A stretch of 43,795 nucleotides of DNA. Origin: a virus (lineage: Duplodnaviria > Caudoviricetes). A model generated the notes under the pieces. The model saw only the letters and a program-made list of their open reading frames with translations, had not been told where the DNA came from and did not search any database. The position numbers and the translations under genes are program-made. Below, in pieces: positions 7,753-18,586 of the stretch. How positions within the stretch are numbered: the stretch's first letter is position 1; every line of letters starts with the position of its first letter. The stretch is taken from IMG/VR virus record IMGVR_UViG_3300028585_000516, positions 1 through 43,795 of that record; one strand, 5' to 3'.

Positions 7753-10186
7753 CCGAAGTTCCCTGCCCATCTGCAGTAGCGGTGGTGGTGTGCAGTCGTG
7801 CGAATGTCTTGTCCCTGCGCAGGACACCCGCCGCCTGGTTGTTCTGCGCCCCACCAGCCCAGCCTTGCCAGCCGAGCAGTATCGCGGCCCGCGCCTGGGA
7901 ACCCTGCATCTGGGCGTGCATCTCCTCCAATGGGAGTTGGCGCGTAGAACCAGCGCCGACACCGAATAGGTCATCGAGTCGCGTGCTAGCCGTGCTGGCG
8001 TCGAAACTGGCCGGAGGTGCGCCCGTCATGCTGACAAGCCCTGACTGGACGACCTGGCCTGCGCTTGTCGCCCACCGTTGAGGGGTGACGTTGATGTCGA
8101 CATTCACCAGGGATCCGCCTTGGTTCCATGGTGCAAATTGGACGAGAGTCAGGTAGTAGAGACCGTTAGGCCAGTACCCGAACCTTGGTTCGACGTCGAT
8201 GCCCTGACGGGTAGCGGTGCCCGTTGATGGGTTCCACGTGTAGGTGGCCGTCTGTGTGACCGAGTAGGGCAGGGTGACCAGGTCTGCCGGTGCCGCTGAC
8301 TCTGTGGTGGATGCCGGGTTCCGCCAACTCACCCGTCCCCCGTCGCCTGTGCGTGGGCCTAGGTCTTCGATCAGCGCACGCGGGTTGGTGGCAATCGAGT
8401 TCGATGAGCCAAAGGTGACGCTGCCGCCGCCGTACCTGCCGACAACGATCTGAACCCGGATCCATCGCTCAGTGGTCGGGATGAACACCTTCCGAAAGGA
8501 CAGTGACGTCGTAGGCCAACCCAGACCGGAAGGTGGCACGACGCCAGCGACCGTGCCAAGGAGAGCCGTGTTTGAAGTGGGTAGAGCTGGCCGCACTTCT
8601 GGGTTCGCGCTGGTCGTGTAGTAGCAGCTCAGGTAGTAGTCCTGCCGGTCCCCCATCAGAAAGTCGGGAATCTCGATCCGGTAAGAGCGACCTGGCTTGA
8701 CCTTCTTCTCGATGAAACCGATGCCCTGAGGTGACGCTCCGACCGCTCCGGTGAAGGGGCGGACCATCACTCCAGACGCACCAAGGCTGACGGTCTCGAG
8801 GATGGACTCGGATGCGGCCGCCTGGGGGGACTCGAACAAGTCGCCCATGAGCGGCTTACCACCAATGGTGGGGTCCCACTGGGAGTTCAGGTGCATCACA
8901 GACAGCCCACCGGCTCCGGTGATTGTCACCGTGGGGTCGCCAGTCTCAGAGTCATAGAGCGACAGAAGGTCGCCGCCCGTGAAGTTGCCGAGCTGGATCA
9001 TCAGGTTGCTGGTGGTCGTGTCGAATACCTGGAGACCCTGACCGGATACCTCTGTGCGGCGGCCCTGCCCAGTGTTGGAGAGGGTGATACCGATAGCTTC
9101 GAGATAGCCGATCATCCCTGACATGGCGATGAATTCGTTCATCTCTACTTTGTCAGCGACCAAGTGCAGGATTTGCGCGAACTCTGCCACCATCTCCTCG
9201 GTGACATTCAGCTTTGGCACGTCAATGGTGCCGTCCTTCAAGAGAGCTCCACCGATGAAGCCCACCTCTGCGGTGATCTCCAATGCCTGCACTACTGCGG
9301 CGCGGAGCAGGTTCAGTACTGCGGTATTGCCGAAGAACTCGTTGACGTTAATCCGGTCAACACCGATCTGTCCCGCCGTGATGCTGCCAGCGTGAAGTTG
9401 GATCACCGTGGCGATGCGCGCAGCGAGATCGTCAACATTTATGCGGATCTCGGTTTCTACTGAGGACAACCGCTCGCGTGCGTCCTCGACGCGCTGCTCA
9501 TTCTCGGCAAGCTCCTGGGCCAAACCTGGAAGCGTGTCAACGTTGAGTCCTGCTAGGGCTGCTTCGAGCTCGGCTTTAGCGGACTGCCATGCGGCTGTGG
9601 ATTCATCGATCCTCTTCTGTGCTTCCTCGAGCGCTTCCCGGATCGCGTCTGTGTCAACAAGCGAAACGATCTCCACTGACGATGCCGCAGACATTTCACC
9701 CTTGGTGGTGCGGTCTTGCCCGACCAGGCGGAGGCGCACAAACCATGTGCCCGGTGTGGGGCAAATGATCGTGGTCGCCCCACCTTGACGGTCACGGATC
9801 GTGGACGCGAGATGGTACTCAGACTCTTCTGGCTCCGAACCATCTTCTGAGAAGACCGACAGCACCTCTGTGTGGCCGTGGACCTCCCAGGTCGGAAAGT
9901 CTGTCGTGCCACCATCCCAGGTGACCTCCACCGCGCCCAGATCACCTGCTGCGAGCAGAGGTGCGGTCGGTGTGGGTTGCGCGGGAGAGTCGCGCACAAG
10001 ACCACCGAAAGACCCGTCTGGCTGCTTCCCGAACCCACCCTTGCTCACACCGAAACGGTCGAACATCTCCAGCCACGTGTCCTCAAGAGACGCGTAATCC
10101 AGACGTGACGACACCGTGGTGTTTCGGGACTGGTTCTCAAGCTGGGCCATCTTCTCTGCGGTCTTCTGCACGAATGACTTGCCCAC
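7745..10186 (-). CDS. Minor tail protein (Fn3-like domain, coiled coil, fibre-like repeats)
   Basis: TWDG...GTWFVRLRLVG Fn3 motif, heptad region, AGSITAGQI repeats. Confidence 0.85.
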   Translation of the reverse strand: MGKSFVQKTAEKMAQLENQSRNTTVSSRLDYASLEDTWLEMFDRFGVSKGGFGKQPDGSFGGLVRDSPAQPTPTAPLLAAGDLGAVEVTWDGGTTDFPTWEVHGHTEVLSVFSEDGSEPEESEYHLASTIRDRQGGATTIICPTPGTWFVRLRLVGQDRTTKGEMSAASSVEIVSLVDTDAIREALEEAQKRIDESTAAWQSAKAELEAALAGLNVDTLPGLAQELAENEQRVEDARERLSSVETEIRINVDDLAARIATVIQLHAGSITAGQIGVDRINVNEFFGNTAVLNLLRAAVVQALEITAEVGFIGGALLKDGTIDVPKLNVTEEMVAEFAQILHLVADKVEMNEFIAMSGMIGYLEAIGITLSNTGQGRRTEVSGQGLQVFDTTTSNLMIQLGNFTGGDLLSLYDSETGDPTVTITGAGGLSVMHLNSQWDPTIGGKPLMGDLFESPQAAASESILETVSLGASGVMVRPFTGAVGASPQGIGFIEKKVKPGRSYRIEIPDFLMGDRQDYYLSCYYTTSANPEVRPALPTSNTALLGTVAGVVPPSGLGWPTTSLSFRKVFIPTTERWIRVQIVVGRYGGGSVTFGSSNSIATNPRALIEDLGPRTGDGGRVSWRNPASTTESAAPADLVTLPYSVTQTATYTWNPSTGTATRQGIDVEPRFGYWPNGLYYLTLVQFAPWNQGGSLVNVDINVTPQRWATSAGQVVQSGLVSMTGAPPASFDASTASTRLDDLFGVGAGSTRQLPLEEMHAQMQGSQARAAILLGWQGWAGGAQNNQAAGVLRRDKTFARLHTTTATADGQGTSDG

Positions 10187-10204
10187 GATGAGCCCCCTAT
10201 GTGG

Positions 10205-11341
10205 TTAGCCCCAGCGCTCCAAAGTCAGAGCCACCGAGTTGTCCGACAAGCGCCGCTCCATGGCGACAATCCGGCACTTCTGTGAATGGTTGTTATCCCA
10301 GGCGGTGCGACCTTTGACCCAGATGATGTCGCCCTTATCGAACGTGCCCACCCGCGCTGCCGGTGAGTCCATGACCCGGCAGGTCGCGATGAACCGTTGC
10401 TCCCGGTCGGCCTTGTTGACCAGCTCCTGGGCCAGCGCTTTGCACCGTTTATTGCTGGTGAGCCCCTGATCGGTGACCACCTTCACGGTGCGGTGCCTGT
10501 AGGTCTCTTTACGGGCCGCTTCACCGCGTCGCTTCTTGGAACCATCACCATTGCCGAGAACCAGCACGTGGGTGAAGAAGTCCTCGTCTTCTGGCTGCTG
10601 TGGCTCGGTGACGTTGAACCCGATCTCGAAATGGTGATCCTCGCGTGGGACCGCCTCGATGCGGGGGTAGCCCAGACGGATTCTGAACTGTGGAGGATCG
10701 TCCGTGTCCCTGTTCATGGTGGTCTGTTCAGCCCACTCAAACGGGGTCTCTGCAGCTAAGTCCTCGAGCTCCTTGTACAAGTCTGCGGTGGACCACCAGT
10801 TCAGCCGGTAAGGACCAGAATCAAAGGACACGTCCTCACCGTCTCCGGTGGTGAACTCCGTCGTGGTTTCCTCTGACCCCACCCACTCGGACTTTGGTGT
10901 CACCGTCTGATCGACGCTGATGTTGATGGTCCCTGGCTGGCCGGTGACGTAGTCGAAGAGCTTCCGGACGATCACCATCGGGTCGACCTTCACCCCGTCA
11001 TACTTCGGCGCATCCCACGGTGTTTCCTTCAACACCCAGCCGAACCCGACACCAGTGATGGCAAGGACGTCTTGGGATTGCTCGACCTCGTCTTCCGCCT
11101 CCACGATGAACGCTTGTTGACGTTCCCCGTCGTCCGCGATGATCAGGGTGCCACGCCGGCGGATCAGTGGGGCGACACGATTCGTTCCCTCAATGCGGAC
11201 CTGCCTGTACGCCATGGCCCGTTTCAACGTGCCAGTGAGCTCATCCGGCTCATTGATCGCCTCACGGATCACCACGTCACCCAACGGCACGTCACCGTGC
11301 AACGTCTCTAACTCAGGGAGGGACAGCGCAACATACTTCAC
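10205..11341 (-). CDS. Minor tail protein (baseplate hub)
   Basis: Position in tail module; LGYPR and GDIIWV motifs. Confidence 0.8.
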   Translation of the reverse strand: MKYVALSLPELETLHGDVPLGDVVIREAINEPDELTGTLKRAMAYRQVRIEGTNRVAPLIRRRGTLIIADDGERQQAFIVEAEDEVEQSQDVLAITGVGFGWVLKETPWDAPKYDGVKVDPMVIVRKLFDYVTGQPGTINISVDQTVTPKSEWVGSEETTTEFTTGDGEDVSFDSGPYRLNWWSTADLYKELEDLAAETPFEWAEQTTMNRDTDDPPQFRIRLGYPRIEAVPREDHHFEIGFNVTEPQQPEDEDFFTHVLVLGNGDGSKKRRGEAARKETYRHRTVKVVTDQGLTSNKRCKALAQELVNKADREQRFIATCRVMDSPAARVGTFDKGDIIWVKGRTAWDNNHSQKCRIVAMERRLSDNSVALTLERWG

Positions 11342-11352
11342 GGCCCCACCCC

Positions 11353-12348
11353 CTAAGCGTTCGTTGGATTCTCCACGAATGAGACACGCACCCGGTAAGC
11401 AGCAAGGTCAGAGCTCACACTCAGGCCACCGGATCCAGTGGTGCGGCGGACCTGGAAGCGGATAAACGCCCGCCGGCCGCGATCGTTGTTGTCCAGCTTG
11501 ATCGTGCCGAACGCGGGAAGGCTGAACCTTGACCAGGCGTCAGACTCGTTGAACGGGACACTGTTCGTGTACTTATTCCCCGTACCAGGCGAGAATGAGA
11601 ACCGGGTCTCCCCGTTCACATTCCCGGACCCTGTTGCCGCAGCGCCAACGATTTCCCCGTCGAGCTTCACGTGGGTAGCCCACTGCGGGATGATGATGCT
11701 GTTGATCTGATCCAGCGACACCCACTGGGGTGTGCTGAACACGTTGAGCGTCTGTGACGACGCGGGGCGCTGCACCACACTGTCCTGGGCTGACCGTTCC
11801 ACCGCCAAGAAGCGAAGGTCGGTGATCATCGCATTGGTGATCGTCTGCGTATTCGCCGGGACCACAACCCTCGCCAACGGGAGGAACGGCCTGGATAAGC
11901 CGAACTGTTCCGCCCGATTAGCAGAAGATGACGCGTTCTCGATCACATGGAACGACCAGAACTGGTGATCCTCCAGTTGCTGGTCCGACATCGAATCAGC
12001 GGTCCCCTCATACTGGGGGTCATTGATCACAATGCCGACCACGTCTGTGCGCGAACCAGAAGAGCCCGTCGCCCGGATCGGCACAGTGTTCGTCTGATAC
12101 AACGCCTTGCCGTAGGACTGCCACGGCGCCGAGGTGTAACCCACACTCCCGCCCGGTGTCGCCGCAATAGCGAACCCACCAGGCATCACACGAACACTCG
12201 CACCAGGAGTCGACTGGGCACGAACCTCCAAAGAGGACGGTCCAACAATCCCCGTCTGCCCACCCGTGTTGATCCACGTCTGCTCACGGGCCAACTGCGG
12301 ATCATGATCAGCGCCACTAACCGCCCAGACCACATTTTCATTCGCCAT
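11353..12348 (-). CDS. Minor tail protein
   Basis: LEVRAQSTPGASVRV, RTDVV...DPQY, LPLARVVVPA...ITDLR motifs. Confidence 0.85.
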   Translation of the reverse strand: MANENVVWAVSGADHDPQLAREQTWINTGGQTGIVGPSSLEVRAQSTPGASVRVMPGGFAIAATPGGSVGYTSAPWQSYGKALYQTNTVPIRATGSSGSRTDVVGIVINDPQYEGTADSMSDQQLEDHQFWSFHVIENASSSANRAEQFGLSRPFLPLARVVVPANTQTITNAMITDLRFLAVERSAQDSVVQRPASSQTLNVFSTPQWVSLDQINSIIIPQWATHVKLDGEIVGAAATGSGNVNGETRFSFSPGTGNKYTNSVPFNESDAWSRFSLPAFGTIKLDNNDRGRRAFIRFQVRRTTGSGGLSVSSDLAAYRVRVSFVENPTNA

Positions 12349-12360
12349 ACTGAAGACCTC

Positions 12361-13269
12361 CTAGGCCAAAGTCGAGAAAGCCTCACGCCACTGAATCAGC
12401 GCGGAAGACGAATTAGTCGGGTCAAGAGCCGAGAAGAAGACGTTCTCCTCCCCCGGCTCCAAGAGGATCTGGGACAACGTGGAGCGACCGTCCAAAGCGC
12501 CGAACCGGTCGATACGCCGGTCAGGGTTGTCGTCCTTCCAGGACTGGACTGTCCCGGAGAGCGGGTCGATCTCGAGGTGCTCGTCGTAAGCAAGCACGAC
12601 CTTCGATTTCAGGCCCACATGCCAGCCTCGGTTGCCGTTCAAACTGAATGACGAGCCGGGACCATGGAACGTGATCACAGGGGGTGTAGGTTCAGTGCCG
12701 CCGACGCTGAGGAACCCTGCCCTGGAGCCGGTCGCACGCTCAGACCGCAACGGGAACCGAAACGGTGTCCGCCACCCTCCAGACGACGACTCCGGCAGCT
12801 TCGTCAGCCTGGTCTCATTCGGCTCACCACCGCTGAAAACCAGCGGCTCAAACTGCTTGAATTCACACGTGATGCGACCAACACCGGAACGCATCATCGC
12901 CCCGAACTCCGGGTCATCAGACTGACGTGGCCGGCCATACACGCGCCGCCACGTCGGATCATCAACCGTCTGGAACTCCAACGGGAACAACCGGCCCGAC
13001 TCATCGCGCAGGCTCTTATTCCGCCACGCCGTCAAGAACAACGCCGCAGTCTGCTTCGCCTCCCGCATAGAGTCCCGGTTCGTTGCCAGGTCGAACTTCA
13101 AGATGCGAGCACCCAGAAAATCTCGACCCGGCAACAACCCGTCACGACCCTCACGCTCATAATCCGAATCCCGGATATCCGTGTGCGCGAAGTCCACACC
13201 ACTAATCAGCATGTCCCCGGCGCGTGAGCCAGTGTGGCCAACCTCGAGTCCTTGAAAGCGGATACGCAT
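12361..13269 (-). CDS. Distal tail (Dit-like) protein
   Basis: Immediately after tape measure; GRDFLGAR, RRVYGRPR, LEPGEE motifs. Confidence 0.85.
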   Translation of the reverse strand: MRIRFQGLEVGHTGSRAGDMLISGVDFAHTDIRDSDYEREGRDGLLPGRDFLGARILKFDLATNRDSMREAKQTAALFLTAWRNKSLRDESGRLFPLEFQTVDDPTWRRVYGRPRQSDDPEFGAMMRSGVGRITCEFKQFEPLVFSGGEPNETRLTKLPESSSGGWRTPFRFPLRSERATGSRAGFLSVGGTEPTPPVITFHGPGSSFSLNGNRGWHVGLKSKVVLAYDEHLEIDPLSGTVQSWKDDNPDRRIDRFGALDGRSTLSQILLEPGEENVFFSALDPTNSSSALIQWREAFSTLA

Positions 13270-16200
13270 TAAACCCCCACTCTCTGAGCTCGCCGATAGA
13301 ATCGCTGGAAGTCACTCGCATCCTCGTACTGCGAGCCAGCACTATGAGCGTGATAATGCAGCTGTTCGGCCAGACCACCACCGCCGGACTCAGCGAGCCG
13401 GTTGAGGTTGTCGAACTGCTGCTGGTTGAAGATGAACTCATTGCCGCCCGTGTTGTTGAGCACCTGAGAGATACCCTGGGGCAGCAGTCCGCCCTTGTCG
13501 CGGAATAGTGAGTTCACTTCACCGGGGTTGTAGAACCCGCCTGGGTGCCGCTCGAAGTGCAAGTGGCTACCCAGTGAGCCGCCGGTGTTGCCCTGCCGGC
13601 CAATGATCTGACCACCCTTGACCGTCTGACCCGGCTTTACCGCATACCCGTTCAGGTGGGCATAAGCGGTGTCGAACCCGCCGTGGTTCAGGACGATCAG
13701 GTTTCCGAGCGTCCCGAAGCCACCGGATGCACGCTTGACCACGCCACCCCATGCCGCACGGACAGGAGAGTTATGCGCTGCAGCGAAGTCCACGCCGTGG
13801 TGATAGTTGCTGTACGCGCCGGCCAGGTTACGCGGACCAGCCCACGATGTGATGACGCCCTGTGAGGGCCGGTTGAACCCACCAGGGTTAGCGGTGAAAG
13901 TGCCCTCGTAGTTGCCGCCAGCAGACACCTCAGTGTCCTTGCCGCGGATCCAGTCGAGAACCTCATCGACGCCCCAGTTGATGAGCCCACCACCGAGCTT
14001 GCCCATGGGACCAAACTCGGTCGCATGGTCCGCGATACCCGAAGTGAACGGCTTGATGAACTTCTCAGCCGTGTTAGCCAGACCGCCGCGGACCCAGGAG
14101 AACGCAGACGCCACGGTGTCCTTGATCCAGCTGCCGAAGCCGCCCAGTGGCAGACGATGCTGACCTTCTTCGACATCTCCACCCGTTATGAGCGTCTTCC
14201 GCCAGTCATAGACGCCTTTATGACCGCCCATGGCTTTCACCTCGGCGGCGGTGAGAACATGCTCTCCATTCGAAAGCTTCGCAACGACGTCGTCCGACGT
14301 CCCACTTCCAGGTCCCCGGACAGCACCACCCTTCGCGAACGCAGGGATTTTGCTGATCTCCCCAAGCCGCGCATCCGAGTTGACCGCTTTGGCGACCGAA
14401 TCAAACATGGCTTTGATGCCGTCATTCCAGACGAAATCGATCACAGAGTTGATCGGCTTGCGGAAGAAGTTCGCAACCTTCCGCCACGCCTTGTCGATAG
14501 CCGACACGCCATCCTTGACCATGTTGACCACATCGTTCTTCACGAAGTCGCCCACGGCCTTGAATACCGGCTTTAGCTTGTCGTTCCAGAAGCCCGAGAT
14601 GCGACCGACCAGCCATGACCAACGTTCGCTGATCCAACCAAGCGCGGGCTTGATGTAGTCGCGGTAGAGGACTCGAATCGCGGCGCCGAACCAATCAAGG
14701 ACTGGTTTGACGTACTGGTTGTACTTGTCGCGCATCCACAGTGCGGTGGTCATCCACTTATTAGCGATCCACCCGAGAACGGGTGAGATGACCGAGTCCC
14801 AGACCCATCGCATAATCGCGCCAAGCCGGTCTATCACTGGCTTCAGTATCGAAACCCATACGAACTGGACGGCGGTTGCCATAACTCCGAATGCGAGGCC
14901 AATGAATCCGAAGATCGGTTTAGCGATGGTGTTCCAAAGCCATCCAATAATGGATGCGACCGCGTCGAAGACAGGCTTAATGAATGCCAGCCAGATGCCG
15001 GTCAGGATTGTGCCCATGTTAGAGAAGGCGAACCCGATCCGCTGGAACATGGGCATAGCCACGTTGGTCCACAGGAACTTGATGATGTCGATCAGCAGGG
15101 TGAATACTGGCGCGATGACGCCGTTCCATACCCAGCCGAGCACGCTCCCAAGGACACTGAACGCTGTGCCGATGAACCCGAATATCGGGCTGGCGATGTT
15201 CGTCCACAGCCACGAGATGACCGAACCAATGGCGCTGAATACCGGGCTGAGGATCGTAGTCCAAGCCCAAGAGATGCCAGTGACAACCGCGTCGAACGCT
15301 GTCTTCACGTAACCGAAGACGGTCTGGATCGCACCCCACAACCACGTCGCGCCGGCTACGATCCCAGACCATGCACCCTGCAACATCTGCCACACCCAGG
15401 TAGCCCCGGTCACGATCCCGGACCAGACCTGCTGGAAGATCGGCAGAGCTGTACCCGTGAACCATGAGGCAACACCAGCGGCGGCGTCCTTGATCCACTG
15501 CCACACGCCAGCGATAACACCACCCTGAGTGGTGGACTGATCACGGAGGGTCGCGAACCAGGCGCCCAAGACGCCGAGCTTCTCGCCTACCCAATCAAGT
15601 GCGACACCAACCACGGAGAACACAACATCCGCCAGCCAGGTCAGTCCACGAGTGAGCCAGGTAAGCGCACCAACGGCGAGCTGAATCATGACCGAAGTCA
15701 GCTGGATCATCATCTGAGCCAGCCAAGTGAGCGGGGTGATCATCCAAGAGATGACCGTGCCCAGCTTCTCCATGATCCCGGTCGACTCGCCGCCGCCCGA
15801 GAACAGGGTTGAGAACAGGTCCCCCAGTGCGGAGCCGAGATCCTTGACCATCGGCCAGATCGCCTGGAACGCGCCAACTAGGGAGCCCCAGATCGTAGAA
15901 CCAAGATTGCCCAGGGACTCCCGGAAACGCTCGCTACCAGACCAGACAGCAGCCAATGCTGTAGCGACCCAGCCGATGGGACCACCAATAAACTTGAGGC
16001 CGCCGCCCAGTTTGGAGAGGCCGGCTCGCATCAGAGCCATTCCGCCACCGGCGTCACTTGCTGTTTTTGCCAGTCCGCCGATCCAACCAGCGACGGTCCC
16101 TGTGGTCGTGATGAGCGAACCCATCACGGTGACAATCTTTCCGAGCACCAGAAGTACAGGACCTGCTGTCACAGCCAGTCCAGCGAGGCTAATCAGAGCC

Positions 16201-17609
16201 TTCTGCTGACTACCCTCAAGGTTGTTCCACCATGTGACCGCACCGCGAATGTTCCGGATGAGACCAGTGAATAGCTCCCCGAACTTCACCCCCCATTCGG
16301 CAGCCGTGTCACCAGATACATCGACCAGAGCAGTGAACTCCGCCATCAACGGCTTCATCTGCGAGAAGAAACCGCCACCCTTGCCGCCCGCATCCAAGAA
16401 TGATGCGCCAACACGGTTCACAGCCGCCCACACGTTCGCCCACGCCGCCGTGAACGACTCAGCACCCATAATGGCCGCCGCGCCGCCCAAGTTATCTTGG
16501 ACCGCCTTCAGGTACATCTCGGAGGAGATCTTGCCCGCCGAAGCCATCTTGTAAACCTCATCCGAGGTCAGGCTCAACTGCTCACCCAGGTACTGGACGA
16601 TGGGAATACCCCGGTCGCCCAACATCATCAGGTCACCCGTGTAAGCGCGCCCCGATGTAGAGACCTTGTTGAACATCGAACCCATCTCAGCGAGTGATGT
16701 CTCAGCGATAGCCGCAGCATCACCAGTTGAGGTCAAGTACGCCTCGAGTTCTTTACCCGGCTTGATGCCAGCGGCGACAGCAGAAGCCGCAACAGTGGCA
16801 GCCTCGTCAAGACCGAAGGAGGTTCCCTTCACCGCTGCGAGTGCGTTCTCCATGATCGCTTCGACAGATGTCGCGTCGTGGCCCAACGCCTTCAACTTGG
16901 CCCGCGCAGTGTCGATACCGACCAGGCGCCGGAAACCGCCCGCCACCACAATGCCGCCGATCGCGGCCGCCGCGCCCGCAGCAGGCAGGGTGATGTTCTT
17001 CGTCATCGTGGAACCCACCGATGAGATCTGCTGTCCCACCTTCTGGAACTGAGTCCCAAGCCCCTTTAACTGCTCCCCAATGACCGGGAACGATGCGCCC
17101 ACTTTGTGGAGCGTGGTCTGTTCTTTCTTCAGGGCAGACTCGTGGGCTTTGGTGGCGGTGGTCGCCGCATCTTTGGCCTTGGTGACGGACTTCTGGGCCT
17201 CTTCGATGGCGACCAAGGATCCACGGTGTGTGCGGCGGGCCTTGTCCAGGTCCGCCTCAGCCTTGAGCACGTCGCCTGCGGACGCTTTGCCGGAGTCACG
17301 GACCTTCTGCAGGTTCTCCTCGGCCAGCACTACGCGTGCATGGGTAGCTCCTTGGGCCTGTCGTGCGCGGGTGAGCTGCTCCTCAGCTTTACCGATGTCG
17401 CGGGTGGCAGCCTCGACCTGCTGCATCGCCCGTGTGGATCCCGCCGTGATCGAGCCCCGGACAGCTTCACGTAGGGATGTCTGGATCGGCTTCGCCATAG
17501 ATGCGGCCGCCATATTGCCCAGGCCCACAAACTGCTTACTGACAGCCTTATGTGTTCCAGAGAAGGTGGGCACCACACGTACGGAAACTGAACCGATCAC
17601 TGAAGACAT
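13269..17609 (-). CDS. Tape measure protein with C-terminal M23 peptidase
   Basis: 1446 aa, Ala/Gly-rich, periodic W/F; HHGVDF, YAHL, HLHFE M23 motifs. Confidence 0.95.
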   Translation of the reverse strand: MSSVIGSVSVRVVPTFSGTHKAVSKQFVGLGNMAAASMAKPIQTSLREAVRGSITAGSTRAMQQVEAATRDIGKAEEQLTRARQAQGATHARVVLAEENLQKVRDSGKASAGDVLKAEADLDKARRTHRGSLVAIEEAQKSVTKAKDAATTATKAHESALKKEQTTLHKVGASFPVIGEQLKGLGTQFQKVGQQISSVGSTMTKNITLPAAGAAAAIGGIVVAGGFRRLVGIDTARAKLKALGHDATSVEAIMENALAAVKGTSFGLDEAATVAASAVAAGIKPGKELEAYLTSTGDAAAIAETSLAEMGSMFNKVSTSGRAYTGDLMMLGDRGIPIVQYLGEQLSLTSDEVYKMASAGKISSEMYLKAVQDNLGGAAAIMGAESFTAAWANVWAAVNRVGASFLDAGGKGGGFFSQMKPLMAEFTALVDVSGDTAAEWGVKFGELFTGLIRNIRGAVTWWNNLEGSQQKALISLAGLAVTAGPVLLVLGKIVTVMGSLITTTGTVAGWIGGLAKTASDAGGGMALMRAGLSKLGGGLKFIGGPIGWVATALAAVWSGSERFRESLGNLGSTIWGSLVGAFQAIWPMVKDLGSALGDLFSTLFSGGGESTGIMEKLGTVISWMITPLTWLAQMMIQLTSVMIQLAVGALTWLTRGLTWLADVVFSVVGVALDWVGEKLGVLGAWFATLRDQSTTQGGVIAGVWQWIKDAAAGVASWFTGTALPIFQQVWSGIVTGATWVWQMLQGAWSGIVAGATWLWGAIQTVFGYVKTAFDAVVTGISWAWTTILSPVFSAIGSVISWLWTNIASPIFGFIGTAFSVLGSVLGWVWNGVIAPVFTLLIDIIKFLWTNVAMPMFQRIGFAFSNMGTILTGIWLAFIKPVFDAVASIIGWLWNTIAKPIFGFIGLAFGVMATAVQFVWVSILKPVIDRLGAIMRWVWDSVISPVLGWIANKWMTTALWMRDKYNQYVKPVLDWFGAAIRVLYRDYIKPALGWISERWSWLVGRISGFWNDKLKPVFKAVGDFVKNDVVNMVKDGVSAIDKAWRKVANFFRKPINSVIDFVWNDGIKAMFDSVAKAVNSDARLGEISKIPAFAKGGAVRGPGSGTSDDVVAKLSNGEHVLTAAEVKAMGGHKGVYDWRKTLITGGDVEEGQHRLPLGGFGSWIKDTVASAFSWVRGGLANTAEKFIKPFTSGIADHATEFGPMGKLGGGLINWGVDEVLDWIRGKDTEVSAGGNYEGTFTANPGGFNRPSQGVITSWAGPRNLAGAYSNYHHGVDFAAAHNSPVRAAWGGVVKRASGGFGTLGNLIVLNHGGFDTAYAHLNGYAVKPGQTVKGGQIIGRQGNTGGSLGSHLHFERHPGGFYNPGEVNSLFRDKGGLLPQGISQVLNNTGGNEFIFNQQQFDNLNRLAESGGGGLAEQLHYHAHSAGSQYEDASDFQRFYRRAQRVGV

Positions 17610-17630
17610 GTGGTGCCCTCCTCTATGGTG

Positions 17631-18269
17631 TTATTTCGGCAAGTTGCTCGCGTACCAGACGCGACGCATCGCCGGGTCGATAGGTCCTGGTCTAGACACT
17701 TCTTCGAACTTCGGGTCGGGCTCTGCCGGCGCTTTAGGGGCCGGCTTCCGAGGTGGTGCGGGGTCGCCGGACAGCTCCTCGGCGGGGACGCCAAGTCGCA
17801 TCGCCCAGCTATCTGCCATGGACTTCTCGCGCACCTTCCGGCGACGCTCCATAGCGGTCTCCGGCATCGGCCACGGCTCCGGGTACTTCGGCTTAGCCGA
17901 CTTATTCCCATTGGCTCGCGCCGAGATGACCGGGGCCTCCGCCAAGATCTTCTTCAAGGTTGTGTCCATGCTGATCAGCAATGACTCCTTGAAGCCGACC
18001 TGTGAGTAACGCAGCCTCGGAGCTTCGCCCTCTTCTTCATCGCGGTGCGCCTCCAGCTCAAGCAGGAGGTCCGCCATCTCTTCGTCCTGAGACATGGCCT
18101 CACGGAACCGTGAGTACGGGTCAGGCAAGTCAAGGATCCGGTCGAGGAGCCAGCCGAAGCGGCCCTCTCCCAGCTCCTCGTCCAAGTCGATCCCGTACTC
18201 GGTCAACAGGTCCGACGTGATAGGACGCCGGTACCTGTCGAGAAGGTCCGCTAGGCCTTGGATTCCCCC
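17631..18269 (-). CDS. Tail assembly chaperone extension (-1 frameshift product, gpGT-like)
   Basis: Slippery GGGGGAA at 18263-18269; -1 frame reads GIQGLADLLDRY... into ORF 17631..18206. Confidence 0.85.
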   Translation of the reverse strand, partial: GGIQGLADLLDRYRRPITSDLLTEYGIDLDEELGEGRFGWLLDRILDLPDPYSRFREAMSQDEEMADLLLELEAHRDEEEGEAPRLRYSQVGFKESLLISMDTTLKKILAEAPVISARANGNKSAKPKYPEPWPMPETAMERRRKVREKSMADSWAMRLGVPAEELSGDPAPPRKPAPKAPAEPDPKFEEVSRPGPIDPAMRRVWYASNLPK

Positions 18270-18586
18270 AGGTCACCGGACTGATCGCGCACCTCGGTGG
18301 CGACGGCCATGATGATGTCCATCAGGTCTTCCATCGTGGCGTCGTCCTCATCTTCGAGAATCTTGTCCAGCGCCTCAGCACCATCGATCGCGTAGATCTC
18401 AAACATGACCTCGATGTCTGCGTTCTGCTCAGCGACCGCGGCGCGCTTCATCTCGCGGAGGCCTTTGCGCCCCTTCATCCCCTTCATGGGGTTCTGGAAC
18501 TTCACGACGTTGCCCTTGCTCGTCTTGTACTCGATGGGCTGCGACTTCGGGCGGCGGTCGCGCAGGGATGACAGTTCGATGCTCAT
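18251..18586 (-). CDS. Tail assembly chaperone (gpG-like)
   Basis: RBS AAGGAG, ATG 18586, ends LGESKA; between major tail and tape measure genes. Confidence 0.9.
   Translation of the reverse strand: MSIELSSLRDRRPKSQPIEYKTSKGNVVKFQNPMKGMKGRKGLREMKRAAVAEQNADIEVMFEIYAIDGAEALDKILEDEDDATMEDLMDIIMAVATEVRDQSGDLGESKA

Noticed and set aside
15619-15628. 9-nt match between the tRNA-like loop and tape-measure mRNA as an antisense target
   Set aside because: Single short match in mid-CDS; plausible by chance in 44 kb
13567-18009. Many alternative-frame ORFs within the tape measure gene
   Set aside because: Shadow frames of a well-supported gene
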